DNA of 64,000 nt from an uncultured Gammaproteobacteria bacterium (GCA_963705725.1 CAVPKM010000018.1:1-64000); one strand, 5' to 3'. Counted from the stretch's first letter, positions 1 through 10,408 are shown. Numbers and translations are program-made. Notes: generated by a model from the letters alone, not told the origin.

Positions 1-1
1 C

Positions 2-808
2 GATAATAAACAAGTGAATTTAGCGACAGCAGAAAAATTAATTACCGAAGCTTGTGAAAATTATCAGCCAAATCTTGTTGCTCTTCCAGAAAATTTTCTT
101 TTTATGGGCGGATCAACTGCACGTAAACAAGCAGCAGCTGAAAAACTCGAAGAAAGTGAATCCATTTTACAATTAAAAAAACTCGCGAAGCATTATCGTG
201 TTGTCATACATGGCGGCAGCTTACTGGAAAAACAAGATGGACAATATTTTAATACCACTCCAATTATCAATGCTCGTGGCGAACTCATTGCTAAATATCA
301 AAAAATTCATTTATTTAATTTTTCAGGAAAACAAACACAATATAATGAAAGTCATCGCCTAACGAGTGGAAAAAAAATTATTACTTACTCAATAAATGAT
401 TTCATGATTGCTTCTGCCATTTGTTTTGATCTACGTTTTACAGGTTTGTTTACCTTTTTTAAACGACATCACATTCATTTAATTATTATCCCTTCCGCAT
501 TCACTTATGAAACAGGCAAGGCGCATTGGGAGATTTTGCTACGCGCTAGAGCCATTGAAACACAGGCCTATATTATGGCGCCGGCACAAACAGGAAAATA
601 TTATCAAGATGGTCAACAGCTAACCAGCTGGGGACATTCTATGATCATTGATCCTTGGGGAAACGTACTAGCTGAACTCAATGAGGAAGTCGGTTATGTT
701 GGTGCAGAGCTTAATATGCATTTTTTAACCGAAGTACGAAACAAACTGCCCATAGCGTGTGATTGCCAATCACACGTGTCCTCCTTCATTGAAATTTGTC
801 AGTCGTGA
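2..808 (+). CDS. Carbon-nitrogen hydrolase (Nit1/deaminated glutathione amidase-like), 5' end truncated by window edge
   Basis: E-K-C triad motifs LPEN, YQKIHLF, AICFDLRF plus AHWEILLRARAIETQ and WGHSMIIDPWG; frame is open back to position 2. Confidence 0.9.
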   Translation, partial: DNKQVNLATAEKLITEACENYQPNLVALPENFLFMGGSTARKQAAAEKLEESESILQLKKLAKHYRVVIHGGSLLEKQDGQYFNTTPIINARGELIAKYQKIHLFNFSGKQTQYNESHRLTSGKKIITYSINDFMIASAICFDLRFTGLFTFFKRHHIHLIIIPSAFTYETGKAHWEILLRARAIETQAYIMAPAQTGKYYQDGQQLTSWGHSMIIDPWGNVLAELNEEVGYVGAELNMHFLTEVRNKLPIACDCQSHVSSFIEICQS

Positions 809-3303
809 AAGTGAGATTGTACCTGAATGGTTTCAGCTGACTTAGGATAGTAAAATTTCTCATCGTGATTTTTTTCAAGTTCTTCAGGAGAAAAATCATC
901 AACCGATAAAATTTCTTTTCTGAGTTGATAAACTCTCGTCAGTTGTGCTGCTTCCTGCGGAGTCAGAATTTGTTGTATGACTGCTTCTTTTATTTTTTGT
1001 TCATCGCTATAACTTTGAATTTTGTCTTGTTGTAATGCTAGTAATTTTTTTTCCAGCGTTTCAATAGCAATGACTTTCTCGAGAACTTCTTCTATATATC
1101 CAGCTGGATTATCTTTTGCTCGTGATAAATAAGCATCTTTTGCCAAAATTGTCCGAAGTAAATTTGGTTGAAGCATCAAGTTTGCAACAGTATGTCCAAG
1201 ATGATCGCTTGGTTTAGAATAATTTCTACCAAAAGGAAATATTAAGAATTTTATTAATTTATTCATGGGAGTATGGGGAAAATTGGCGAGTACGTCATAA
1301 AGTTGCTGCTCTGCTTTACTAGCTAGATATTGACAAGCCCATTCAACAACCGGCTTTTCTGCCTCATTATTGCCATTATCATGAAATTGTTTTAACACAG
1401 CTGAACCAAGATAAAGCATGCTTAATACATCTGCTAACCTCCCGGAAAGTTTCTCCTTTCTTTTTAAATTTCCACCTAAAGTCATCAATGTGATGTCTGA
1501 CAAAAAGGCAAACGTTGAACTCAGGTGGGTAAAAATTTGATAAAAGCGCTTCAAAGGCTTGCTGGGTGCCTTGACCCACCGTGCCCGGGTGATTCCCATT
1601 AAAAGCGATCGAATGGCATTACTAAACACAAAACCAAGGTGAGAAAAAATAATTTGATCAAAATGTATCAACCCAATTTTTTTATCTTCATGCTCAACTG
1701 CTCGCATTTCTTTCAAAATATAGGGATGGCAACGAATCGCGCCTTGTCCAAAAATAATCATACTGCGAGTTAAAATATTTGCGCCTTCTACCGTGATGCT
1801 AATCGGTGTTTCTTGGTAGCAAATTGCTAAATAATTTTTGGGTCCCATGCAAATCCCCTTCCCACCGTGTATATCCATGGCATCATTAATCACCTTGCGG
1901 CCCAATTCTGTTACGTGATACTTACTAATTGCAGCAGGAACTGCGGGTCTTTCTTTTCGATCTAAGGCAGAAATTGTCAATAACCTTGTTGCCTCCATAA
2001 TATAGGTATATCCAGCAATCCGCGCTAATGCCTCTTCAACCCCACCAAATTTTCCAATCGGTAGATGAAATTGGTGACGAATACGAGCATAAGCGCCGGT
2101 TGTAAAAGCAGAAATCTTAGCTCCACCTGTTGCCATAGAGGGTAATGAAATGGCTCTTCCTGCAGCTAAACACTCAACTAGCATACGCCAGCCTTGTCCT
2201 GCCATCTTGGCTCCACCAATAATATAATCAATCGGGATAAATACCTCCTTCCCTTGTGTGGGTCCATTTGGGAAAGCGGAGTTTAAGGGATAATGACGAC
2301 GACCAATGCTGATACCAGGTAACTTGACAGGAATCAACGCACAGGTAATGCCAAGCGATTGCTCGCCACCGATTAAATGGTCAGGATCATACAGCTTAAA
2401 AGCTAACCCTAATACTGTCGCAACTGGCGCCAAGGTGATATAACGTTTATTCCAATTAAGGCGAATTCCAAGGATTTTTTTATTCTCAAAAATATCGTGA
2501 CAGATAATACCGTAATCTGGCATTGAACCTGCGTCGGATCCCGCTTCTGGACCTGTTAAAGCAAAGCAAGGTATTTCTTTTCCTATAGCTAAGCGAGGCA
2601 AATAGTAATCTTGCTGCGCCGGAGTTCCATAATTCAATAATAATTCAGCAGGTCCGAGAGAGCTTGGAACAGCAACAACACTGGCCACACTCATACTTTT
2701 ACCGGCAATCTTTGTCAGGATTGCTGAATGCGCATAAGCAGAAAACCCTTTTCCTCCATAGCGTTTCGGAATGATAATTCCAAAAAATAAATTGTTTTTT
2801 AGAAATGTCCATATTTCTTCGGACAAATTAAAATTGATATGAGTGATCTCCCAATTATCGATCATTTGGCAAAGTTCATTCACAGGTCCATTAAGAAATT
2901 GTAATTCTTCTTCACGCATTTTGGGGGGAGCATAGGAAAGTAACTTATTCCAATTTGGACGACCAAGAAACAAGTCTCCATCCCAACCAACCGTCCCTGC
3001 TGCTAACGCTTCTTTTTCTGTAGGTGAGAGTGCGGGTAAGGAGGATTTAAATTTTTTAAAAAAAGCTGAAGTGAGAATGCGGCGTCGAAATGGCTTAACA
3101 TTGAGTATAAAAACAAGTACCCCAAAAATTGCCCAAATTAAATCGATGTTGAATAAGGATAACGGCGCTAAATTAGTAAAAAACAGCAAGTAACAACCGA
3201 AAATTAATGTACTATATAAAAGAGAAATACGGTGATAGACGAGCCAAACCAAAATTATTATTGCTAATAACAGCGCGATAATTATCATTCTTGCTTCCTG
3301 CAC
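799..3303 (-). CDS. fadE: Acyl-CoA dehydrogenase FadE (long form with N-terminal TM segments)
   Basis: 834 aa; TEKEALAAGTVGWDGDLF, CFALTGPEAGSDAG, ITVEGANILTRS, FGQGAIRCHPY motifs. Confidence 0.93.
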   Translation of the reverse strand: MQEARMIIIALLLAIIILVWLVYHRISLLYSTLIFGCYLLFFTNLAPLSLFNIDLIWAIFGVLVFILNVKPFRRRILTSAFFKKFKSSLPALSPTEKEALAAGTVGWDGDLFLGRPNWNKLLSYAPPKMREEELQFLNGPVNELCQMIDNWEITHINFNLSEEIWTFLKNNLFFGIIIPKRYGGKGFSAYAHSAILTKIAGKSMSVASVVAVPSSLGPAELLLNYGTPAQQDYYLPRLAIGKEIPCFALTGPEAGSDAGSMPDYGIICHDIFENKKILGIRLNWNKRYITLAPVATVLGLAFKLYDPDHLIGGEQSLGITCALIPVKLPGISIGRRHYPLNSAFPNGPTQGKEVFIPIDYIIGGAKMAGQGWRMLVECLAAGRAISLPSMATGGAKISAFTTGAYARIRHQFHLPIGKFGGVEEALARIAGYTYIMEATRLLTISALDRKERPAVPAAISKYHVTELGRKVINDAMDIHGGKGICMGPKNYLAICYQETPISITVEGANILTRSMIIFGQGAIRCHPYILKEMRAVEHEDKKIGLIHFDQIIFSHLGFVFSNAIRSLLMGITRARWVKAPSKPLKRFYQIFTHLSSTFAFLSDITLMTLGGNLKRKEKLSGRLADVLSMLYLGSAVLKQFHDNGNNEAEKPVVEWACQYLASKAEQQLYDVLANFPHTPMNKLIKFLIFPFGRNYSKPSDHLGHTVANLMLQPNLLRTILAKDAYLSRAKDNPAGYIEEVLEKVIAIETLEKKLLALQQDKIQSYSDEQKIKEAVIQQILTPQEAAQLTRVYQLRKEILSVDDFSPEELEKNHDEKFYYPKSAETIQVQSHFHD

Positions 3304-3348
3304 TAAATGATACTAATTGTAGCATATATACCCCGCACGAAGGGTAGA

Positions 3349-4083
3349 TCAAGTCGTGCGCGATATTTTGTCGGGATAATCAGAAAAAACTGCATCCACA
3401 CCCATATCAAATAGCTGGCTTGCTTTGTCTTGAGCATTGACAGTAAATGCGAGTAAAAGCGGGCAGGTTTTTTTAATTTGTTGCGCCCGCTCTAAGGTGA
3501 GCAGTGTATGATCAATATGTAAGGAACTACATTGATATTTTTCCACTACTTTTTCCCAATCACTTGACCAATCTTCGATATTATATCCGAGATAACAAGG
3601 TGTTTTTGATTGATAAACTTCTGAAATCACGGTTTTAGAAAAACTGGAAATTAGAGGTAATGGGGAGGAACTTGGCCAGTAGGACGCTAAAATCGTCAGT
3701 ACTTGATGCGTGGTGATTATTTCAAGACCAGCTTGTGGTTTAATTTCAATATTAATCGCTAAATCTAATGGTGCGAGGTGTGACAATAAGCTGCTTAAAG
3801 TTGGAATGGTTTGCCCGGTGAATTCTGGTGCATGCCAGCTGCCGCAATCTAGCTGGCTAAGCAAGGCTAAATCTTTGTCGGCCACATTTCCTGTTCCATT
3901 TGTCGTGCGATCTAAAGTGAAATCGTGAATCACAACAGGTTGTTGATCCTTGCTCAACATGACATCAAATTCAACACACTTAGTTCCTAGCTGATGAGCA
4001 ACTTGCATAGAGGCAAAGGTGTTTTCTGGCGCATAGCCACATGCACCGCGATGACCGATTACTTTTTCTAAACAAAAATTCAT
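3349..4083 (-). CDS. ugpQ: Glycerophosphodiester phosphodiesterase
   Basis: IGHRGA..APENT, VEFDV, IHD, NIEIK, GVDAVFSDYPD motifs. Confidence 0.9.
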   Translation of the reverse strand: MNFCLEKVIGHRGACGYAPENTFASMQVAHQLGTKCVEFDVMLSKDQQPVVIHDFTLDRTTNGTGNVADKDLALLSQLDCGSWHAPEFTGQTIPTLSSLLSHLAPLDLAINIEIKPQAGLEIITTHQVLTILASYWPSSSPLPLISSFSKTVISEVYQSKTPCYLGYNIEDWSSDWEKVVEKYQCSSLHIDHTLLTLERAQQIKKTCPLLLAFTVNAQDKASQLFDMGVDAVFSDYPDKISRTT

Positions 4084-4224
4084 CTTTCCAATCTTATGTC
4101 AATAAATATGCTTAATATTACTGCAAAAACTGATTGAGGCAAGAGAATGTCCTTGCGATAGTAGCGCTGATTCGTTAAAGTTCGCTCCTAGTCACCTTGA
4201 ATCCCAAGTTAATGGAAGAGTAAT

Positions 4225-5364
4225 ATGGAGCTTAAAGATCCTTCTAATGATACAACGATAAATTCCACTCTAGAGGATAGCTTGAATATGTCTACTATTG
4301 GTCAACCAGTCAGTTCCCAATCAGCTTATGACGATATTTTTCAATATGCACAAGATCTGGATTTCGGCGAGTTGCATTTCAAAATGGATCCTAAAACTGG
4401 GCTTTTTGCTATTATTGCGATCCACAGCACCAAGCTTGGACCTGCGATTGGCGGGTGCCGATGTATTCAATACCCCTCTACTCAAGCGGCAATTTTAGAC
4501 GCCATTCGTTTGGCACATGGTATGAGTTATAAAGCTGCTATCTGCGGATTGCCGCATGGTGGAGCTAAGGCGGTGTTAATGAAACCTCGAGAAATACTCG
4601 ATCATACCGCTTACTGGGAATCGTTCGCCGAATTTGTAAATGAAATGAACGGTCGTTATGTTACCGCGATGGACAGTGGAACTGATGTTAATGACATGGA
4701 TATCATTGCACGAAAAAGTCATTACGTGACTTGTACCTCACAGGAAGGAGGAGGAGATCCTGCGCCCTATACAGCGCTTGGTGTTAAAAGAGGGATTGAG
4801 GCTGCCGTTCACTTCAAATTAGGCAGAACCTCTCTGCAAGGCATACATATCGCTATCCAAGGTGCGGGGCATGTTGGTTATTACTTGGCAAAAGCCTTAA
4901 CTCAGGCAGGCGCTAGATTAACGATGACAGATATCAATCCTTTAAGTTTAGCGCGCTGTCAACAAGAATTTGGAGTAAACGTTGTTGTCCCTGAAGATAT
5001 TTACGAAGTGGAATGTGATGTATTCTCTCCCTGTGCGCTTGGTGCCGTAATCAATCTGACAACCATTCCTAAAATTAACGCGTCGATTATTGCGGGATCT
5101 GCAAATAATCAATTAAAAGATATTTTACAAGATGACCAATTACTTTTTGAGCGCGGCATTCTATATGCCCCGGATTTTTTAATTAATGCAGGCGGCTTAA
5201 TTCATGCTGCCGCAGCTTATGATCGCGGGAATTTAGAAAACGCAGATAAGTTAATTTGCGAAATTTATGACGCTAGTATGAATATTTTTAAACGTGCAAA
5301 AACCGAGAATAAACCGACACAATACATTGCTCAGATCATTGCAAATGAACGTTTAAATAGTTGA
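4225..5364 (+). CDS. Glu/Leu/Phe/Val dehydrogenase (probable leucine dehydrogenase)
   Basis: IAIHST.LGPAIGGCR, GMSYK, GGAK, QGAGHVG, AGSANNQL, YAPDFLINAGG; directly upstream of 2-oxoacid dehydrogenase genes. Confidence 0.9.
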   Translation: MELKDPSNDTTINSTLEDSLNMSTIGQPVSSQSAYDDIFQYAQDLDFGELHFKMDPKTGLFAIIAIHSTKLGPAIGGCRCIQYPSTQAAILDAIRLAHGMSYKAAICGLPHGGAKAVLMKPREILDHTAYWESFAEFVNEMNGRYVTAMDSGTDVNDMDIIARKSHYVTCTSQEGGGDPAPYTALGVKRGIEAAVHFKLGRTSLQGIHIAIQGAGHVGYYLAKALTQAGARLTMTDINPLSLARCQQEFGVNVVVPEDIYEVECDVFSPCALGAVINLTTIPKINASIIAGSANNQLKDILQDDQLLFERGILYAPDFLINAGGLIHAAAAYDRGNLENADKLICEIYDASMNIFKRAKTENKPTQYIAQIIANERLNS

Positions 5365-5380
5365 AACGTAAAGGATATCA

Positions 5381-6445
5381 ATGAAAGCCGTTGCGAAATT
5401 TGAAGTAGAATATTTTCAATACCTTGACGTTAATGGGGAAGTTAAGCAAGCACTGCCGCATTTTGCAAAAGATAAGGCTACCCTCATCGAGCTTTATTCC
5501 CATATGGTTAGGACAAGACTTTTTGATGCAAAAGCCGTCGCCTTACAACGCACAGGAAAAATGGGGACCTTTCCTCAATCACTTGGACAAGAAGCGGTAG
5601 CTGTTGGAATGGGTCATGCAATGACAATGGATGATATTTTTTGTCCCTATTATCGTGACCAAGGAGCGATGTTTCTTCGTGGCGTAACCATGCAAGAAAT
5701 CCTTGCTTATTGGGGCGGGGATGAACGCGGTAGTGATTTTTCTATCCCCAAACAAGATTTTCCTATTTCTGTTCCAGTTGCTAGTCAATGCCTTCATGCG
5801 ACAGGCTGCGCCTATGCAATCAAATATCGCAAGGAAAAACGTGCCGTGGTAACAACTGTCGGAGATGGAGGCACATCAAAAGGAGATTTTTATGAAGCGC
5901 TAAATTTAGCCGGCGTTTGGAATCTTCCCGTAGTTTTTATCGTTAATAATAATCAATGGGCCATCTCTGTTCCCATTACAGCTCAAACCTATAGTCAAAC
6001 GCTAGCTCAGAAAGCGATAGCGGCAGGCATAATAGGTATTCAAGTTGATGGCAATGACGTGATTGCAGTTCGTGATGTCGTCAATCAAGCGCTTGAAAAA
6101 GCAAGAAATGGTCATGGTCCGACACTTATTGAAGCCATCACCTATCGCCTGTGTGATCATACTACTGCTGATGACGCTAAGCGCTATGTGGATGGGACTT
6201 GTCTAACATCGGCTTGGACCGCAGAACCCATTAAAAGATTATCTGATTACCTGATTGCTCAGGGCCATTGGTCAAAACAACAAGATGAAATGTTGCAGCA
6301 AGACATTGCCAAAGAAATCGAGGAGGCTGTTTCTCTTTATTTAACCATGCCTTCTCAACCACCTACTGCAATTGTGGATTACCTTTATGAAGAATGGCCA
6401 AGTAATCTGCAGGATCAAAAAGATGAATTAGGAGCCATTGAGTAA
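5381..6445 (+). CDS. 2-oxoacid dehydrogenase E1 alpha subunit (probably branched-chain)
   Basis: TPP motif GDGGTSKGDFYEALN...NNQWAIS, YRLCDHTTADD. Confidence 0.92.
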   Translation: MKAVAKFEVEYFQYLDVNGEVKQALPHFAKDKATLIELYSHMVRTRLFDAKAVALQRTGKMGTFPQSLGQEAVAVGMGHAMTMDDIFCPYYRDQGAMFLRGVTMQEILAYWGGDERGSDFSIPKQDFPISVPVASQCLHATGCAYAIKYRKEKRAVVTTVGDGGTSKGDFYEALNLAGVWNLPVVFIVNNNQWAISVPITAQTYSQTLAQKAIAAGIIGIQVDGNDVIAVRDVVNQALEKARNGHGPTLIEAITYRLCDHTTADDAKRYVDGTCLTSAWTAEPIKRLSDYLIAQGHWSKQQDEMLQQDIAKEIEEAVSLYLTMPSQPPTAIVDYLYEEWPSNLQDQKDELGAIE

Positions 6446-7425
6446 TGACAGAAATTACCCTGATACAAGCAGTGACCCAAGCCCTGGCTTATGAAATGGC
6501 AGCAGATAAGAATGTGATTGTTCTTGGTGAAGATGTGGGGATCAATGGCGGAGTTTTTCGAGCGACCGTCGGGCTTTTTGAGCAATTCGGTCCAGAAAGA
6601 GTGTTAGATACCCCACTTGCAGAATCCATGATTTCTGGCATGGCAATTGGAATGGCCGCGCAAGGTCTTAAGCCGGTTGCAGAATTTCAGTTCATGGGTT
6701 TCATTTATTCGGGCCTCGATCAAATTCTTTGTCATGCCGCTAGGCTGCGTAATCGCACAAGGGGAAGATTGCATTGCCCCATTGTGTTTCGCGCACCATT
6801 TGGAGGAGGGATTCGAGCGCCAGAACATCATTCTGAAAGCACTGAAACATTATTTGCGCATATTCCAGGTTTAAGGGTAGTCATCCCCTCTTCGCCGGCT
6901 AGAGCTTATGGGTTGTTATTAGCGGCGATTCGCAATCCAGACCCCGTGATCTTTTTAGAACCAAAACGCATTTACCGCTTAGTCAAACAAGCGGTCCCAG
7001 ATGACGGACAAGCCCTCCCGTTAGACAAATGTTTTATTTTAAGAGAAGGGAGTGATGTCACCCTGGTCACCTGGGGGGCTAGTACTCATGAAACATTACA
7101 AGCCGCTGAAGAGCTGGCTATTTCGGGAATACAAGCGGAAGTCATCGATGTGGCTACCATCAAGCCACTTGATATGCAAACTATTTTAAATTCTGTAGAA
7201 AAAACAGGGCGCTGCATTATCATTCATGAAGCAGCAAAAACCTGTGGAGTCGGTGCGGAAATTGCCGCTCAACTTGCAGAACATGGACTACTGTCCCTAC
7301 TTGCTCCCATACAACGAGTAACCGGCTATGACACAGTCATGCCCTATTTTAAAATGGAAAAACTTTATATACCGAGTGTTGCAAGAATAATTAATGCTGT
7401 ATCAAATGTCATGGAGTATGCATGA
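6445..7425 (+). CDS. 2-oxoacid dehydrogenase E1 beta subunit
   Basis: GEDVG..GGVFRAT, DTPLAE, EHHSES, FLEPK; 1-nt overlap with E1 alpha. Confidence 0.92.
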   Translation: MTEITLIQAVTQALAYEMAADKNVIVLGEDVGINGGVFRATVGLFEQFGPERVLDTPLAESMISGMAIGMAAQGLKPVAEFQFMGFIYSGLDQILCHAARLRNRTRGRLHCPIVFRAPFGGGIRAPEHHSESTETLFAHIPGLRVVIPSSPARAYGLLLAAIRNPDPVIFLEPKRIYRLVKQAVPDDGQALPLDKCFILREGSDVTLVTWGASTHETLQAAEELAISGIQAEVIDVATIKPLDMQTILNSVEKTGRCIIIHEAAKTCGVGAEIAAQLAEHGLLSLLAPIQRVTGYDTVMPYFKMEKLYIPSVARIINAVSNVMEYA

Positions 7426-8546
7426 AAATTTTCAACCTCCCCGACTTGGGAGAAGGCTTGCCAGATGCTGAAATTCGAGAATGGCTAGTTAACGAAGGCG
7501 ATGAAGTAAAAGAGGATCAACCCATTGTTTCAATGGAAACAGCGAAAGCGCTGGTAGATGTTCCCTCCCCCTATGCAGGTCGCATTACAAAATTTCATGG
7601 TAAGCCGGGTGACATCATTAAAACAGGCAATCCCCTAGTAGAATTTGAACAGGATGCCAATGAAGTAGCTAAGCAATCGTCTGATGCAGGCACAGTAGTT
7701 GGGAATATCGAGGTGGGACAGACTATTTTAAAAGAATCCCCAATCGGTATTGAACCGCGCACGAACTTGCAAGCAAATATTAAGGCCTCACCCGCCGTGC
7801 GGTCACTAGCAAAACAGCTGAATGTAGATTTAGACAAAGTCACGCCAACAGGCCCTGGTGGTTCAATCACGGCGCAAGACATAAAAAATGCCGGCAACCA
7901 TACCCGCCCCATTGATAAGGATTATGAAGAACTGCATGGCCCAAGACGTGCGATGGCAATTAATATGGCAATGGCTCATCAAGCCGTCGTTCCTGTTACC
8001 TTGATGGATGATGCGGATATCCATCATTTTTCTTCGAATGAGGATATCACTTTTCGCCTTATTCAAGCGATGATTACCGCTTGTTTGACAGAACCAGCAC
8101 TCAATGCCCATTTTAATGGTAAAAATTTAAGCCGATGTCTATTTACCTCAGTCAATATTGGCCTTGCAGTTGATACAGCAAAGGGCTTGTATGTTCCTGT
8201 ACTTAAGGAAGCACAAACCCTATCTAAGGAAAAAATTCGGGAAGAAATCAATAAATTTAAACAACAGGCTGAAAAACAAGAATTTGCTAAAGATACCCTG
8301 CAGGGTGCCAGTATTACTTTATCTAATTTTGGTGTTTTTGTAGGGAAATATGCCAATCCTATTGTGGTCCCCCCCACTGTAGCTATTGTTGCCGTGGGCA
8401 AGTTAAGAGAGCAAGCAGTAGCGGTAGCAGGAAAAGTAGAAATTCACCGTATCGTACCGATTTCTCTCACCTTTGATCACCGTGCAATTACAGGTGGAGA
8501 AGCGGCACGATTTTTGGCTGCTTTTATCAAAAGCCTGGAGGCTTAA
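7422..8546 (+). CDS. Dihydrolipoamide acyltransferase (E2)
   Basis: Lipoyl domain (LPDLGEGL..METAKA), E3-binding segment ASPAVR, catalytic FDHRAITG. Confidence 0.92.
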   Translation: MKIFNLPDLGEGLPDAEIREWLVNEGDEVKEDQPIVSMETAKALVDVPSPYAGRITKFHGKPGDIIKTGNPLVEFEQDANEVAKQSSDAGTVVGNIEVGQTILKESPIGIEPRTNLQANIKASPAVRSLAKQLNVDLDKVTPTGPGGSITAQDIKNAGNHTRPIDKDYEELHGPRRAMAINMAMAHQAVVPVTLMDDADIHHFSSNEDITFRLIQAMITACLTEPALNAHFNGKNLSRCLFTSVNIGLAVDTAKGLYVPVLKEAQTLSKEKIREEINKFKQQAEKQEFAKDTLQGASITLSNFGVFVGKYANPIVVPPTVAIVAVGKLREQAVAVAGKVEIHRIVPISLTFDHRAITGGEAARFLAAFIKSLEA

Positions 8547-8571
8547 GGTCAGTTTTCTCCCTTCCGTGAAC

Positions 8572-9384
8572 TTACCGTTTGCTGCAACTTGTGGTCGCAG
8601 GAGTAGTATCATTCGAGTTTTTTGTTTTATTAGCCCTTTGCTTCTGGGTGACAATTTCTTGTAGCAAAGTTCTTGCAAATGGATAGGCTTCCAATTTCTT
8701 GTCAGTAATTTTATTAAATAGACCCACAATTGTTAAACCTTCATTATTTTTTAAGGAAGGATTGACATATTGATTAGTATCAGGCGCCGCTTTGATTAAA
8801 AAACCCGGTTTAATTCCATTTCTGCCTTTTAATAATTCAATAAGTACTAGGAATTTTGTGCTTGTTGCTTCCTTGAGAATACTAAGAATGGCATCATGCA
8901 CCGGCGTATTACCAAGCTTATCTTGCACATTAATAATGTCAGGTTTTTTTTGCACCCATTGAGTACGATGAATATTATGATCTACTACTAACAAATAATT
9001 TATCGTATCTGCTGCTTCTCCTTTTACTGCACAATGAAGTGCATTTTGCCCTGTATCAGCATCTTGAGCGGCTACCGCCATTTGCCCTAAGGTAAAGACA
9101 CATTCCTTCAATCTCTTAGGATCATTGGCTTCAGCTGATTTTCTTAATCTCATTTCCGCAAGATAAATTGCTAACGATCTATCGGCATGATAGTTATTTT
9201 CTTTATAATTTTGTATCGCATAAACTGCTAATATAAAAAGGGTTAACCAACTATACGGAGCATCTTCACTTTCAGATAAACAAGCCATCCCTGCCACCAA
9301 AAGAAACTGTAGAAAAGCGACTTGCTTAGCACGAGCTCGCTCAGTTAGGCGGTTTTTTCTTAATACCTCACCATATGTTTGCAT
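8572..9384 (-). CDS. Ankyrin-repeat protein with two N-terminal hydrophobic segments (candidate secreted effector)
   Basis: GQNALHCA and GNTPVHDA ankyrin motifs; AGAGGT RBS favours ATG at 9384 over 9399. Confidence 0.7.
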   Translation of the reverse strand: MQTYGEVLRKNRLTERARAKQVAFLQFLLVAGMACLSESEDAPYSWLTLFILAVYAIQNYKENNYHADRSLAIYLAEMRLRKSAEANDPKRLKECVFTLGQMAVAAQDADTGQNALHCAVKGEAADTINYLLVVDHNIHRTQWVQKKPDIINVQDKLGNTPVHDAILSILKEATSTKFLVLIELLKGRNGIKPGFLIKAAPDTNQYVNPSLKNNEGLTIVGLFNKITDKKLEAYPFARTLLQEIVTQKQRANKTKNSNDTTPATTSCSKR

Positions 9385-9411
9385 CCGAGAACCTCTCATT
9401 AAAATTTACTA

Positions 9412-9571
9412 GTAATTATTCAGCACAGGATTGAAACGCTCATATTTTGCCACCTTCAAGCCAAAATTTAATTAAAAAGCGCAGCATACACAGGTATGTG
9501 AGCATTTTTAATTAAATTTTGGCTAAAATCTGAGCGTTTGAGCCCCTTTAGCGTTTGTGCTGAACAGTTAC
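9412..9571. mobile_element. 160-bp palindromic MITE-like element with 8-bp target-site duplication
   Basis: Ends GTAATTATTCAGCACA / TGTGCTGAACAGTTAC (14/16 inverted match); perfect internal 20-bp IR 9459-9478/9505-9524; flanked by ATTTACTA at 9404-9411 and 9572-9579. Confidence 0.88.
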
Positions 9572-9637
9572 ATTTACTATTAGATATAAAAGCGATTAGG
9601 ATAACATTTTTTATTAAAAAATAATACGTTTTAAAAT

Positions 9638-10399
9638 TTAAGCTTGCATTCTTAATGCACCATCGAGGCGGATAACTTCACCATTTAAATAGGAATTTTC
9701 AATAATATGTGAGGCCAAATGAGCAAATTCAGCTGCTCTACCTAGCCGAGTTGGAAAAGGAATTTGGCTTGCAAGCTCCTCTTGAACTTTGGGTGAGAGA
9801 CGTTCTAAGAGCGGTGTTTGAATCAAACCCGGTGCAATTGTCATGACACGAATTTGAAAACGTGCAAGTTCTCTTGCTGCAGGTAAAGTCAGGCCGCACA
9901 CTCCAGCTTTCGAAGCGCTGTAACCACTTTGCCCGATTTGTCCTTCAAATGCTGCGATAGAAGCCGTATTGATAATGACACCACGTTCTTCTTCATTTTT
10001 TAAAAGTTGCACTGTTGACATTAAAGCTGCAGTTAAACGCAGCATATTAAAAGTTCCAATGAGATTAACATCAATGACTTTTTTAAAATTCTCAAGTGGC
10101 ATCGGACCATTCTTGGTCACTATTCGCTCTGCTGGAGCAATTCCTGCACAATTAACTAACACGCGAGGTAAGTCGATACGCTGCTTTATTTCGTTAAGCG
10201 CTGATTCTACAGCTTTTTCAAGTGATACATCACACTGCAATGCTATCCCATCTATCTCTTTTGCGATCTGCGTTGCAGCAGTTAAGTCTTGATCTAATAT
10301 TGCAACTTTCCCTCCCTTTTCACTCAAAAATCGAGCGGTTTCTGCTCCCATTCCGGAAGCGCCGCCGGTAATAACAATCGTTTTTCCTTTAATATTCAT
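9638..10399 (-). CDS. SDR oxidoreductase, HSD17B10/3-hydroxy-2-methylbutyryl-CoA dehydrogenase-like
   Basis: TGGASGMG, NCAGIA, ERGVIINTASIAAFEGQIGQ..YSASK, LNGEVIRLDGALRM. Confidence 0.88.
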   Translation of the reverse strand: MNIKGKTIVITGGASGMGAETARFLSEKGGKVAILDQDLTAATQIAKEIDGIALQCDVSLEKAVESALNEIKQRIDLPRVLVNCAGIAPAERIVTKNGPMPLENFKKVIDVNLIGTFNMLRLTAALMSTVQLLKNEEERGVIINTASIAAFEGQIGQSGYSASKAGVCGLTLPAARELARFQIRVMTIAPGLIQTPLLERLSPKVQEELASQIPFPTRLGRAAEFAHLASHIIENSYLNGEVIRLDGALRMQA

Positions 10400-10408
10400 A
10401 CTATTCCC

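Noticed and set aside
9412-9579. MITE as an in-frame coding insertion like Rickettsia RPEs (160+8 = 168 bp, a multiple of 3)
   Set aside because: The frames I translated through this copy all contain stops
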